DNA from: Lepidodermella squamata | Taxonomy: Eukaryota > Animalia > Gastrotricha | DNA: 64,000 nt | Reading direction: 5' to 3' | NCBI GenBank assembly: GCA_047495785.1 | Contig: JBLDXI010000015.1 | Span: 868,001-932,000, forward strand | Notes under the pieces: model-generated | Database searches by the model: none | Seen by the model: the letters and a program-made list of their open reading frames with translations, nothing else | Told to the model about the DNA's origin: nothing | Translations under genes and position numbers: made by a program | Shown: piece by piece, positions 24,501-34,871 of the stretch | Numbering within the stretch: position 1 is the stretch's first letter | Layout: the number at the start of each line of letters is the position of its first letter

Positions 24501-27025
24501 AACGGGATAATTGAGGAACCAGCGAGTAAATATGGTAAAACTTTAAAGCGCTATAATTGTATTCATAACGAGTCCGAAGGTTGGAAAAACTTGTAAAACA
24601 TAGCTTTAAAATTGTAATTAAATTATTTCGAAATTTCTCAAAAATTAATGTTTTTTAATTTTCACTTTCAATCTAAAGTTTAAAAAGCCAACCTTTTTGT
24701 ATTTGCGCTTGAACTCTTCAATGAAATGATTCACCATTCGATTATCGAAATCTTCGCCGCCCAAGTGCGTATCGCCCGACGTCGATCGCACCTCGAACAC
24801 GCCCTCGTCGATCGACAAAATCGAAACATCAAACGTACCGCCGCCAAGGTCGAAAATCAGCACATTCTGCTCCTTTTTCATCCGCTTATCCAGGCCGTAA
24901 GCCAACGCCGCCGCCGTCGGCTCGTTGATAATGCGCAGGACGTTCAAACCCGAAATCGTGCCAGCATCTTTCGTCGCCTGGCGCTGCGAGTCGTTGAAGT
25001 AGGCCGGAACTGTGATGACGGCATCGCGAATTTTACGGCCCAGGTACGCCTCGGCGATCTCTTTCATTTTAACGAGAACCATCGAGCTGATTTCTTCGGG
25101 CGCGAAACGACGCCGCTCGCCTTTGTACTCGACTTCAACTTTCGGCTTGCCACCTTCATTCACCACTTTAAACGGCCAGTGTTTCCTAGAAAAAAGAAAT
25201 TAGCAACAAAATTAGTAAATTTGAAATAAAAAAGTTTAAGAAATCTTAATTTCATATTTTTGTATCAGAGCTGGAAAACCTGCAGGATTTCCTACGCACC
25301 GATTTTGTTATTGCCCACTAAAAAACCGTTGCCCTCAATTTTTGACTGTTTTCTAAGCCAAAATGTCCTATTTTTCTCAAAATTTCCTACGCACCTGGTG
25401 CGCCCTTTCCGCAAGTTTTCCAGCTCTGTTTTGTATATTCTTGCGTAAATTTAATGCTTGAGATAGATTGCCGAGCCAACTCGAGCCCATTTGTAAATTA
25501 ATCGATAAAATTCCACATATAAATAATGTCCCATTTTCTTTTTTATTGCGACTCTCATGTCGCATCATTAGGTAGCTCGCGTGCTTCGCCAGAAAAATCG
25601 GAAATAATTTATTTGCTGATTATTTGCTGCGTCTGAATTTTGCATATTCAACAATCTTTACGTCTAAAATTTCCTTGTCAAAAGATTTCGACCAAACTAC
25701 ATTGCTTGACCTGCCATTTGAAGAGCGCCTGAAGTTCGTGATTCTTTGTCTGTTGATCGATACTAATGCCTTACCCCGCTGTCCTCACATTACTCGGCAA
25801 CAACGCACATTTCTTAGTCTCGGCAACCAATAAAGGTGGGGACTCAATGGCTGTTTTCGCGACAACGCCTGACCTCATCAGGTACACGAGTTTGGTACCA
25901 AAAGAAAGCTCGTGAAATTCTACATCGATCGTATAATTTTTGCCGAGATTTGTTGAGAAATCTTGGGAAATTATTTTGGACGATATTTCCCATCTTACAG
26001 TGATCGGCCGCCTTTTCCTGCCAGCTATAAACGACCGGAAAGTGACGCTACAACCTCCCGGAACACTCCGAACGTCATTCCGAATTGTCTAGACGACTTC
26101 GACACTTGGGTTGAATTTGTCAGACTAATATTTGATGCACTATACAGGAGAGACGCTCAGTAAATTCAGCAACGACGGCCTCGTCGTCCACATTGGCACG
26201 TCAGCAACCTCAGTCTTAACGCAAAACATAGCCCCAGCCCAGCTACCCGCCGCCAACTTGAAAAATGCCACCCTGGGCAGCAACAGTAACAACAATCGGT
26301 TAACCGTAAATGCCTATCAATTTTTTTCATCTAGCCATTATTTTCAAATTGATTCTCATCACAAACGGAATGAGTACCGAGTTTCAAGCCGAAATTATTG
26401 CTGCTCCGCGATAACATTCTGTGAAAAAGCTCATTTTCATGAGTAACATAGCTTCGGCGAAGAGCCTCTAAAACTGTGTTGCATATACCTACCCGTTTGA
26501 ATCAATTGAGGGAAAAACAAGACGAGAAATCGAACGAAATAAAACTTTTATAACAACTTTGCGAGAATGCTTTGCCGTTGCATGGATACCAAATGATCGA
26601 TATAACACATATCGAGATCTTGATTACTAGCAAAGAGTATTAATTTCCTTATTGCAATAATTAAAATCGCAATTTTACTGATTTTTTAATGTTTAAAATT
26701 AAAAATTCTTACATGTCATCTTGTACGGTTTTGTCGTCGAATCGCCGGCCAATCAAGCGTTTCGCGTCGAAAACCGTGTTTTCCGGATTCAACGCCACTT
26801 GGTTCTTCGCCGCATCGCCAATCAGGCGTTCGGTATCGGTAAACGCTACGTAACTCGGCGTCGTTCGATTGCCTTGATCATTTGCAATAATTTCAACCTT
26901 GCCATTCTGGTAAACGCCGACACAAGAATAAGTCGTTCCTATAAAAGGGTAAGATCAGACAAAAGTTAACGAAAAGAATCACAGCACTCACCAAGATCGA
27001 TACCAATCGCGTTTGAAGTCGCCAT
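12522..27025 (-). CDS. HSP70: Cytosolic heat shock protein 70, 642 aa, 6 exons: 27025-26992, 26938-26713, 25185-24693, 15912-15522, 13666-13478, 13117-12522
   Basis: Spliced at GT-AG sites into one 1929-nt frame: [48 protein letters not shown]-terminal GPKIEEVD. Confidence 0.97.
13725..14810 (+). mobile_element. Second degenerate copy of the CACTA/EnSpm-like element (Hsp70 intron 4); provides the empty site
   Basis: Colinear similarity to 245-1636, including [14 protein letters not shown]. It contains the uninterrupted ...CCGATCAATGATTGCACC... site that is split at 17353/22964. Confidence 0.7.
17548..18305 (+). CDS. Transposon accessory protein, 234 aa (exons 17548-17703, 17757-18305): PB1/ubiquitin-like N-domain, Ser-rich linker, basic NLS-like patch, Myb/SANT-like C-domain
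   Basis: A 53-nt GT-AG intron joins two ORFs in frame. N-terminus VRMTVV...PSFDELR...[23 protein letters not shown] fits the PB1 layout; then [12 protein letters not shown] and [17 protein letters not shown]. Domain names are pattern-based inference. Confidence 0.7.
18504..18656. mobile_element. 153-bp MITE inside the transposon
   Basis: CAGGGTTGTGATCGAAGAAAAA ... TTTTTTCTTTCGATCACAACCCTG; no TSD found. Confidence 0.65.
19246..19479 (-). CDS. 77-aa ORF/exon with a C2HC zinc finger (alternative last exon or separate cistron of the transposon's minus-strand gene)
   Basis: [21 protein letters not shown] (C-x2-C-x11-H-x4-C), preceded by the acceptor-like TTTTTTGTAG|A ATG. Confidence 0.5.
   Translation of the reverse strand: MDNSVFLYKRGRFYRYFYDIAKIRIFLFCPFCDVLFQISVLEEHVVRKCRLGISLTRAEREHAFRQSIPIDPEQGWT
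19596..20122 (-). CDS. Basic 124-aa protein of unknown function, 4 exons (20122-20097, 20044-19889, 19838-19701, 19650-19596), divergent from the transposase
   Basis: Three GT-AG introns of 52, 50 and 50 nt, all phase 2, give a stop-free frame [20 protein letters not shown]...[11 protein letters not shown]. Confidence 0.6.
20283..22742 (+). CDS. RAG1/Transib-like DDE transposase, ~658 aa, 10 exons (20283-20339, 20390-20446, 20479-20756, 20805-20965, 21022-21422, 21481-21723, 21780-21932, 21983-22186, 22270-22441, 22492-22742)
   Basis: The spliced frame is stop-free. Ordered motifs [31 protein letters not shown] and [11 protein letters not shown] correspond to RAG1 DGMG (D600), GYDEK (D708), CTLC, DALH, HKTLAH and SEGNE (E962). 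N-terminal [16 protein letters not shown] Zn knuckle. The first two exons (one intron is only 32 nt) are less certain. Confidence 0.85.
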
Positions 27026-27477
27026 AGTGGGAAGTGGCTTCGAAAGTTCAAAATTGTGTTGTTATTAATTGCGAATTTTTAACAAATGCGCCGCAGCCAT
27101 GAGCTGGATCGCCGCCGCCGATTACGCAATAAAAAAGCATTATCACGCATCATTGTTTCGCAACAATTGCTTGTTTCGTGCGTTGAATTTTCAGAACCGC
27201 AAAAACAGCAACGCAAAAGAGGGCGTGTTTTACTCTTGCTGCGATGACTCATTACGCTAGCCGAATTTGGGTCACACACACACGTGTTGATTAATGAAGG
27301 AGAAGCAGCAAGCAAGCACCTCGTGTTTTTTATTACTATCAACCACACACACGCCTTATACATGAATGCTGCTTTATCACTCACATCAAAAGCGTGCGCT
27401 GGTCATTTTTCTGCTCGTTTTTACACGCGTGCAATCATTTTTAAGCTAGATTTTTTATTATTATTTTGTAATAAAAA
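27026..27477. promoter_or_regulatory. Putative bidirectional promoter between Hsp70 and J-domain gene 1
   Basis: Only 452 bp between divergent ATGs. Contains ATTACGCAAT (27121), ATGACTCAT (27244) and CACGTG (27281); only two-unit GAAnnTTC half-HSEs. Confidence 0.6.
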
Positions 27478-28901
27478 ATGGGCAAGAACAAGCCAACACA
27501 ACGTGAAAAGCGAAGATCTTATTCCGAGAAATCGCCACCGCAACCGCCGCCGTCGAAAATTCCGAATTTTTACGCCGTTCTCGGCCTCGAGCCCAGCGCG
27601 ACTTTGGCCGATATCAAAACAGCCTACAGATCTCTAGCCCGGCAGTACCACCCAGATAAACTCGACCCGAATGAAGCGAACCCGAGCGAACGTCGTCGAG
27701 CTGATGAGAAAATTCGAAAGTTGAACGAAGCTTACAACGTGCTATCAGACGAACGGAGGCGGCGTGAGTACGACGACCATTTTGTGAACGGCCACACCTT
27801 CTGCGCCCATCATCAGCACGAATATCAACAGGAGCAGGAATCGGACGTCGAATCGGAAGCTCAGAATTACTCGCCGCATCCGAGCAATTATCGGCAGTTT
27901 TACAATTTACCGGCCTGGCGGGAATTTCTCATTGTTTATAACGTGTTTATTCACCTTGGCCTGTGTGTCATTGTCTCGTGCTTGGCGAGTTACTACGCTG
28001 GGCAGTTGGAACTCGTGCCTTTCATCTTATACCTCGCTTCATCGGTAAGAATTCAGCTGTTTTACTAGTTACTTTCAGGATTAATTTCGAGACATTTAAA
28101 ATGTGAATTTTGATCATGAAAAGAGGATTTTTTATGATTTTATAGAAAAAATTGAGGCTTCGCAACAAAGGTATTAAAATTTTCGGGAGCGACTGGGACC
28201 TTGCGGTCTATCGGTGGAAGTTCTGGCATTTTTTGGTAAATAACCTGAAGCAGTCAATTTTTTTATACTAAATTCTAAAAATAAACCGGACCAAGAATTT
28301 CCTCGCTACATTGAAAAAAAATTCAAGCATTGGGATTCGAATTTGGAAATTATGCTAGTTTTATACTACATCCCAGTAAGCCTCAGGACTCATTTTCCGA
28401 ATTTTTTTGTGAGTAGACTGGAGCCAATCAGCGTCACGAAAATTTCGGATTTTGTTTTATAAAAACATGAAAATAGGGAAAATAAAAGAAATGAACGACT
28501 TTTTTCCTTCAGTAGAAAAATTGGTTAGAATGTTTTTTAAATTTCCCGAGATGACAGTGACGTGGATTTCTCCGCTAAAATGTCGCTTGCCCAGTTATAA
28601 AATTAATTCAAATTTTTAAAATCAGTAGTAATGTTGAAATTTTAATTTTTACATTTTTATCATTGATTTTTCAAGTTTTGAATGCACGTGTACCTAATTT
28701 TTATTCTTATTTTAGATTATTCAGTTTATCGTCAGCCTGATCGGTTTTCTTGTCTACCACGTTGCTTTCATTGCCGGTTACGCGGCGTTTTTCGCCCTCG
28801 CCTTCATAATCACGAACCGCGTGCTCATGAACTGGAGCTACTACTGCCAACTGCTCGCCCTGGACCGGCTCGAAAACAAGCGATCGAGCAGTAGAACTTG
28901 A
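27478..28901 (+). CDS. Membrane-anchored J-domain (DnaJ class C) protein 1, 250 aa (exons 27478-28044, 28716-28901)
   Basis: NFYAVLGL...IKTAYRSLARQYHPDK...LNEAYNVLSD J-domain; C-terminal hydrophobic helices continue in frame across a phase-0 intron. Confidence 0.9.
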
Positions 28902-30152
28902 ATTTACCTCTGATTTTGCTTTCTATAGATCTATCTAGGCTGAATTACACTACGCTCGTTTTTAGTCAAACTCTGCTGAATTTCAAACTCGAGTTGGAAT
29001 CAGGAAATAATGAATAATTCGAGAAAAACGCCAAATAAAAAATAAAAAATTATAAAAATTGAATATGTTGTTATTTGTCTACCTTCTAGGTATTTTGGTT
29101 TAATTTCGAAAATATCGAATATTTTTATTTCAAACGGGAAGCTGGGAAAGAATCGGCTGCATCCTCATTTTTTACTCGAATTAAAATTCGCTCAAATTTG
29201 TGTTATTTTTCATTCCTGTATGGAATTCGATCGAAAACGTTATATTCTGCGATTGCGATATCAGGCACCTTTTGAGGTTCCCATCAAACTTCCCTTTTCA
29301 TGAGAAAAAAGTTGGTTTTATTGATAATCCTTGAATTAAAGAACCGAGAATATAGGGCATTACTGATGGAGGGAAAATTTCAGTGAATGCTGGTGAGCTG
29401 AAAACATTAGTTGTCAACATCTTCGGAAAATTCATGATAATTCAAAAAATCAAGTTGAGATGAAATAATCGAAAAATGGATTTTAACGCCTGATATAAAT
29501 TTTGAAAATTCGGAAATGGCCGTCAAGTTTTATATCTTTCGTTTTTCTTCACTAAAAGCTGTAGTCGTGTTAGGTTTTGTTTGAGGGGTCAAGTCGGCAC
29601 ATACAACAATTCACCAAAAATTAATGTTCGAATTTTTCAGCATTTCGAGGTTTAAATTTTATTAGCCCGGGCTTTAGTAGAAATATATGATTTTGTAGGA
29701 TTTTACATTTTCCAGGTGTAATTTGGCTATTTTAGATCTAACAGCCTGCCTGCCCTTCCCCAAATCTTCTAAATCTTCCAAGCTTGGATTCAAAGAAACG
29801 AAATTTTGATTTTTTTTATGGAATTTCTAGATATTTTGATATAACCTTGGTCTCACATTTTATTTTATTTTTTACCCTGTTTATGTCCCTATTTGTTGTT
29901 TAGCAAAGCATGTGTGCAAATTTTCTAGATTTTTGTTGCTTAAATCGAGTAATTGGCGTCTGGATCTCCGCCTCTCGTAACACAGCGCCGTATTGCGCAA
30001 ATAACAGCACCCGGTTCCAGCCAAAACCACGCTGCAGTATTTAAACACATCGTTGATGCTCAACTTCAGCAGCAGTAGTAGCAGTAGTACTGTAGTAGTT
30101 CAGTAGCAGCAGCAATTTTCCGCCGCGTTAAGAAAAATCTCCGAATAAAAAA

Positions 30153-33100
30153 ATGGGCCGCAACCGAGCCAAATTCCATCGCCGAAATAACAGCAACAAT
30201 AACCGATATGACAGTCGATCATCGAATTACAGCAACAACACGGATGACGATGAGTTTTGTGGCGAAAACGAGCCCGAATTGCCGGATCACTACGCGGCGT
30301 TGGGCGTCGCGGCTGGCTCGAGTCTCACAGAGATAAAACGGGCGTACCGCGAGCTGGCGAAGACGCACCACCCGGACAAGCAGGAGGCGGGCCTCGGCGA
30401 TGCGGAGCGCGCGGCGATGACGGAGGTTTTTCGCCGGGCGAACGAGGCGTACAACGTGTTGTCGGACGGCAAGCGGCGCGAGGACTATGACTGGGAGCTG
30501 GCGAGGCGGCGGCGCGTCACCGAGGCCAGGGCAAAGTGAGATTTTCGTATTATTTCGTATTAAAATTATTTTAAATTAATGTGATAATTTAAATGAATTT
30601 ATCGGACGGAAGGGGATGTGATCGCAGCAATTTTTTTAATGTTCGTCCGAATTGCTTAAAATTTGCTGTTTTAATCCGAAAAATAGTGAATATTTGCTGT
30701 TTCTGGCAGAAATTTCAAATTTAAATTAAATTTCAAAAATTTACTTTCGAGGAAATTCTAAATTGAAACCGGGCGAAATCAGCTTAATTTTTCTGTTTTT
30801 TGCCAATGACCTCATTTGGGACAATATTTTAATAATTTTAGCTAAAATCTGAAAAAATGCAAAAAATGCAACAAAAAATGCAATATTAGCTTAAATTAAT
30901 TAGAGCATTCTGCCCTAAATTCGTCCAAGTTTCGGATTTTCCCTACTTTCCCAGCAAGGGGAATTTTTAGTAAAAATCGGCAACAACCGAATTTTAGTAA
31001 AGGAGTTATCAGGCTAATATCGAATGCTGGTTTCAGCGAGTCCCCGGGCGATTGTAACTTGATTTATGGCTAAATTCTAGCCACCTAGACTCCTGGCCGG
31101 AATTAAGAAACCGGATGCCTTCGGCCACCTCATCCAGGTACGCGCAAATACATGAAAAATATCAAAATTCAGAAAATATCGAGAGGTTCTAGATTTTCTC
31201 ATGATATTCGTTTAGATTTTCGTTAAGCGTTCCAGATCATTGTAGTCAATGTTGTCGGATCTGCCCAATTTCATTGAATTTTCTAATATTTATGGGAAAA
31301 TTCGGAAAAATATCCAAAATATGGAATACCGTATTTGTTCCTATATCAGCCCGGGCTACTAAAATTTCAACTTCGAACATTTCAAATATTTGAAAAATAA
31401 TGTTTGGTGAAGGGTTCCTTTTTGATGTTTTCCAACCGACTTAACCGCTCAACCCTGGGCTACTATTGGAACAAATACGGTAATTTTCACCCGTGACTTA
31501 TACGTGTCGGATTTAAATTTTATTTCTTAAACGTTCACACTATTTTTACGGGAAATTGCATTTATTTTCATAAACAACTTAAAGCAAGGTACTAGGTATG
31601 GTTAGACCTCAGTTGAGCTAATTTTAAGATATTTTCCCCGAGCAGACTCGCTCCAAGGCTAAATCTCATGTTAAAAATATGAAAAATGGATAAATCCACG
31701 GATTCAGTCTTTCGTGAAAATGATTGCGCAACAGTAAAAGTAACTAGGATGATTACTGGGTAGCCTAGCTAAATGCGGCGAGTATTAAGCCATTTGACCA
31801 GTATCAGTGACCGTTCCAATCCTTTCACGGCTTGTAGCGAAAATCAGCGCTATCGTTTTAAAAAGAAGTCCGATCTGAAGATTCACGCGATTGCTTTCCA
31901 CGAGTTCTCCTTCGCCTCGGCAGTCTCGTTCGAGGTGTTTTTGTCCTCCAACGTGTCGAAGTACTTCTTGGCGGGACTGACCAGTCGTTTCTTGTCGGCC
32001 AAGGTGAAAGTCGTCCGTGGTTTCCGATTTCGCTTCACTAGTCGACGACGCTTCCCGGTTCCATCGCTTCCACCCTAACTTATGCGAATACTAGAACTAG
32101 GCTGAGGACCAGCCTGGACCAGGAAATCAGCGAGCTGCGGAGTTGCGGACCGGAAATCAGTAGGCGACACACTGTTCGTTTCAGGCATTTCGCCTTCACC
32201 GGTAGATCACCGGTTATGGTAATCATGAAAGGAAAATTTTCAAGATCGGGCCGATTTAATTTCGATTTAATTTCGAGCCACAAAGCCGAAAAGAAAATAA
32301 AAATTTCAAGGAAAAAAAAATATTTTTGTCAAGAAGGCGAAAGGGAACGGGAAAACTGGAAAAAAAATTTAGTGTACAAATCATGGGAAGAGCAGCTCTC
32401 CGGTGTTCCACGTGTGGACTTGAAGGCTGTAAGCAGCAAGCAGAGCGATGCGCTAGATGCAATAATGCACAAATGCACTCTTGGGCCGTAGCAATTGCCG
32501 CTTCGTAAGCTTTGAACTCCACGTCCATGACCTCCATTCTGCGCGAGTGAATTGCTCGAGCCATCACCTGGGCTTCGTCGCCCAGCAAAAGTCGAAATGA
32601 TATTCTGAATTAATTTCGCGCTCTTCCGAATTTTCGAAAAGTTTTAAGGCTTGAGGGAACTTGATCTTGGCTGTAGAAAAGTTATTCTGGCATTTTATGC
32701 ACATTTTTGCTTAATTATTGTCAAAATTCAGATCATCTCGGAAAAAATTTTGATTTTGATTTTCCGTCGACCAACCTCTTGACCGTTTCACTGAGCGAGG
32801 CCTGGACTTTTTCGAGTTCTTCGTTAAGCCCGTCCTGATTATAACCAGCACTTTTGTGAGCCGAGTAGAGCTGGCCGCTGACTGTGTTGCGGGCTGCCGA
32901 ATATATTTCGTCGTTTTGATTTGCTGCACTCAATTGTGTCTTCGACATTCTCGATGTTGATGGGACGGGCGAGGCACCAGCCAAATAATATGGTTAAACT
33001 CGGCTGATAAGCCCGCGAAATACTCGGAATAGGGCTGTTCGATGAAGCTCAATAGGCACTTGCAAATAGCCTAAGGTCGGCCAATGCTAACTAGGCTAGG

Positions 33101-33984
33101 GCTATTGAATTAGATTGCCATTCTTTTTGCTGGACTTGGGTGCGTGTTCAGCGTCTATTTTCCTCGTCTCGAGCAGGGTAGGTATTTTACGACGACCACC
33201 AGCCGGTTTTTCGACGTCTGATTCAAAACAGCGTAATTTGAGTTTGTTTCCAACGATCTTGTTTTATTGGAAAATAGGTCTCGTGTTTTCACTTTTAACC
33301 TACATTAACAGCAAATATTAAGCCTGTTGTGACGGTCCCCGGTCAACCTTTTATCGTTCTTCGCCTTGCCGAACTTGAGCCCGTCCAGACTTCCCGCTAA
33401 AAAGGCGAATTATGCTTCTTATCCCAATTCATCTTGTATTTTGTATTCGAATATTGAAATATGGTCTGAGGTGGATGGGACGTAGTCTAATTGAAATCAA
33501 TGCAGTATTGAAATCAAGAGAAATAAGAGTTTGAACTTGGCACGCTAATTCGCTATAGTTTGATCCGCAATTTTTCTTCCATTTTAGGCGCCGAAAATTT
33601 TGGGACTCGGATGACAGCGGCCGCGAGTCTGCATCTCCGTCCTTCGGCCTCGGCTTTCGCACGCCATCCGACCGCGTGCTGAAGTGGTACCACGCCGAAT
33701 GCTGGGGCTTTCACTACCTCACGTGCGGCATTATCGCGTTTTTTCTATCTCTAGTTATCGGGTCGATTGCCGTGACTTACGGCCTGAAACCCTCGAATCT
33801 GCTCTCTTTAGCTGTTTGGCTAACGCCTACAAACGCTTTTCTACTCGACGGTGCGACGATATTTGGGCTGTTTTCAGGTATAGCTTACACCTGGAATAAG
33901 TATATCATCGATTACAGCCCACTTTACTGCTATGTGATGGGCATTCACGTGATGGAAATCGACTTCCGGTGGTTTGCCCTGTGA
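30153..33984 (+). CDS. Membrane-anchored J-domain protein 2, 259 aa (exons 30153-30535, 33588-33984)
   Basis: DHYAALGV...IKRAYRELAKTHHPDK...ANEAYNVLSD; a 3-kb phase-2 intron joins it to the hydrophobic ORF 33676-33984. Confidence 0.85.
31329..31480. mobile_element. Tigger-like MITE
   Basis: TA|CCGTATTTGTTCC ... GGAACAAATACGG|TA; a degenerate inverted relative lies at ~29580-29680. Confidence 0.75.
31883..32984 (-). pseudogene. Decayed transposon accessory-gene remnants (Myb/SANT-like) in the J-protein 2 intron
   Basis: RKPRTTFTLADKKRLVSPAKKYFDTLEDKNTSNETAEAKENSWKAIA* (32075-31883) is a Myb/SANT-like N-terminus of the Harbinger type; GDEAQVMARAIH is shared with ~11870-11915. Confidence 0.6.
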
Positions 33985-34871
33985 TTGTTTCTGTTGCTCA
34001 ATATTTTTCCCTGCTCTTGTTCTGTTTCTTTTTGTAAACAAGGTACTGCATAACGGATGCAAGATGTTGTTGTGTTAATGCTTTGAAGCTCAGATGTAAA
34101 AATTGATAAGTACTGGCATGCTTCGTAATAAATTTTGCATTTTACAGAAAATCTGTGTTTTCATTTTTGACACATTTTGATGGTTACAAAAACTTGAAAT
34201 GCAAAATCATCTGCTGTTTGATTACTAAGAGAACAACGCGTGAATATTGGTATGCCCATTCCGAATTTCGACCCCAAAATGGTCGTTTGTGAGTGAGATA
34301 ATGAGAGGTCCAAAATCGTCCCAAACTTTAAAGCTCCTTTTCTTAAAATTTCTTAAAAATCAAGTATCCAATCACCTTGGGTCAAACGCCATTCGAAGGT
34401 TAAAATGACGAGGAAGTTTGTAAACTATTATTACCGTTGGGCGTTGCAAAGCTATTCATCTGAGACTTCGATATGTCCAAAGTTACTCGCGCTATGGTAG
34501 TGCGTTGATAGCAGAAACGAGAGCACTAAGTCTAGGTTCTACGTCAGTTGGATTCCTTAGCACTTATCACCTAATAAATTGAACATAGCAACTTAAGAAT
34601 TTGTTGAAAATGGGCGTATCCAGCAGATATTTTCCGGATCTGATGCAAAAGATTGACATATATGCGCCGACACGGAAGTTGGCAGCTCAGATAGTCGTAA
34701 CATCCTCTACCTCACGTTGGAAAGAGTTTCAAATTCAATTTAGGCTTCAAGTTGCAGCTGTACCACGCTCAATTCGCTACTGACGAAACAAAAGGTAGCT
34801 ACTTCTTCAAAGAGACAGTTGCCTTGTGCATCCGAGTACAGAACCCGGTTTCTGCTTCGCCAGATACCGTC

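Noticed and set aside
24726-25229. Long + strand ORFs opposite Hsp70 exons (also 12789-13172 and 26721-26969)
   Set aside because: Antisense shadow frames of a codon-biased Hsp70; they coincide with exons and have no independent features.
34752-34871. N-terminal extension of the 812-aa ORF (similarly 5087-5170, 40849-40959 and 41532-41558)
   Set aside because: The track uses TTG/GTG starts; downstream ATGs give proper signal peptides or start contexts.
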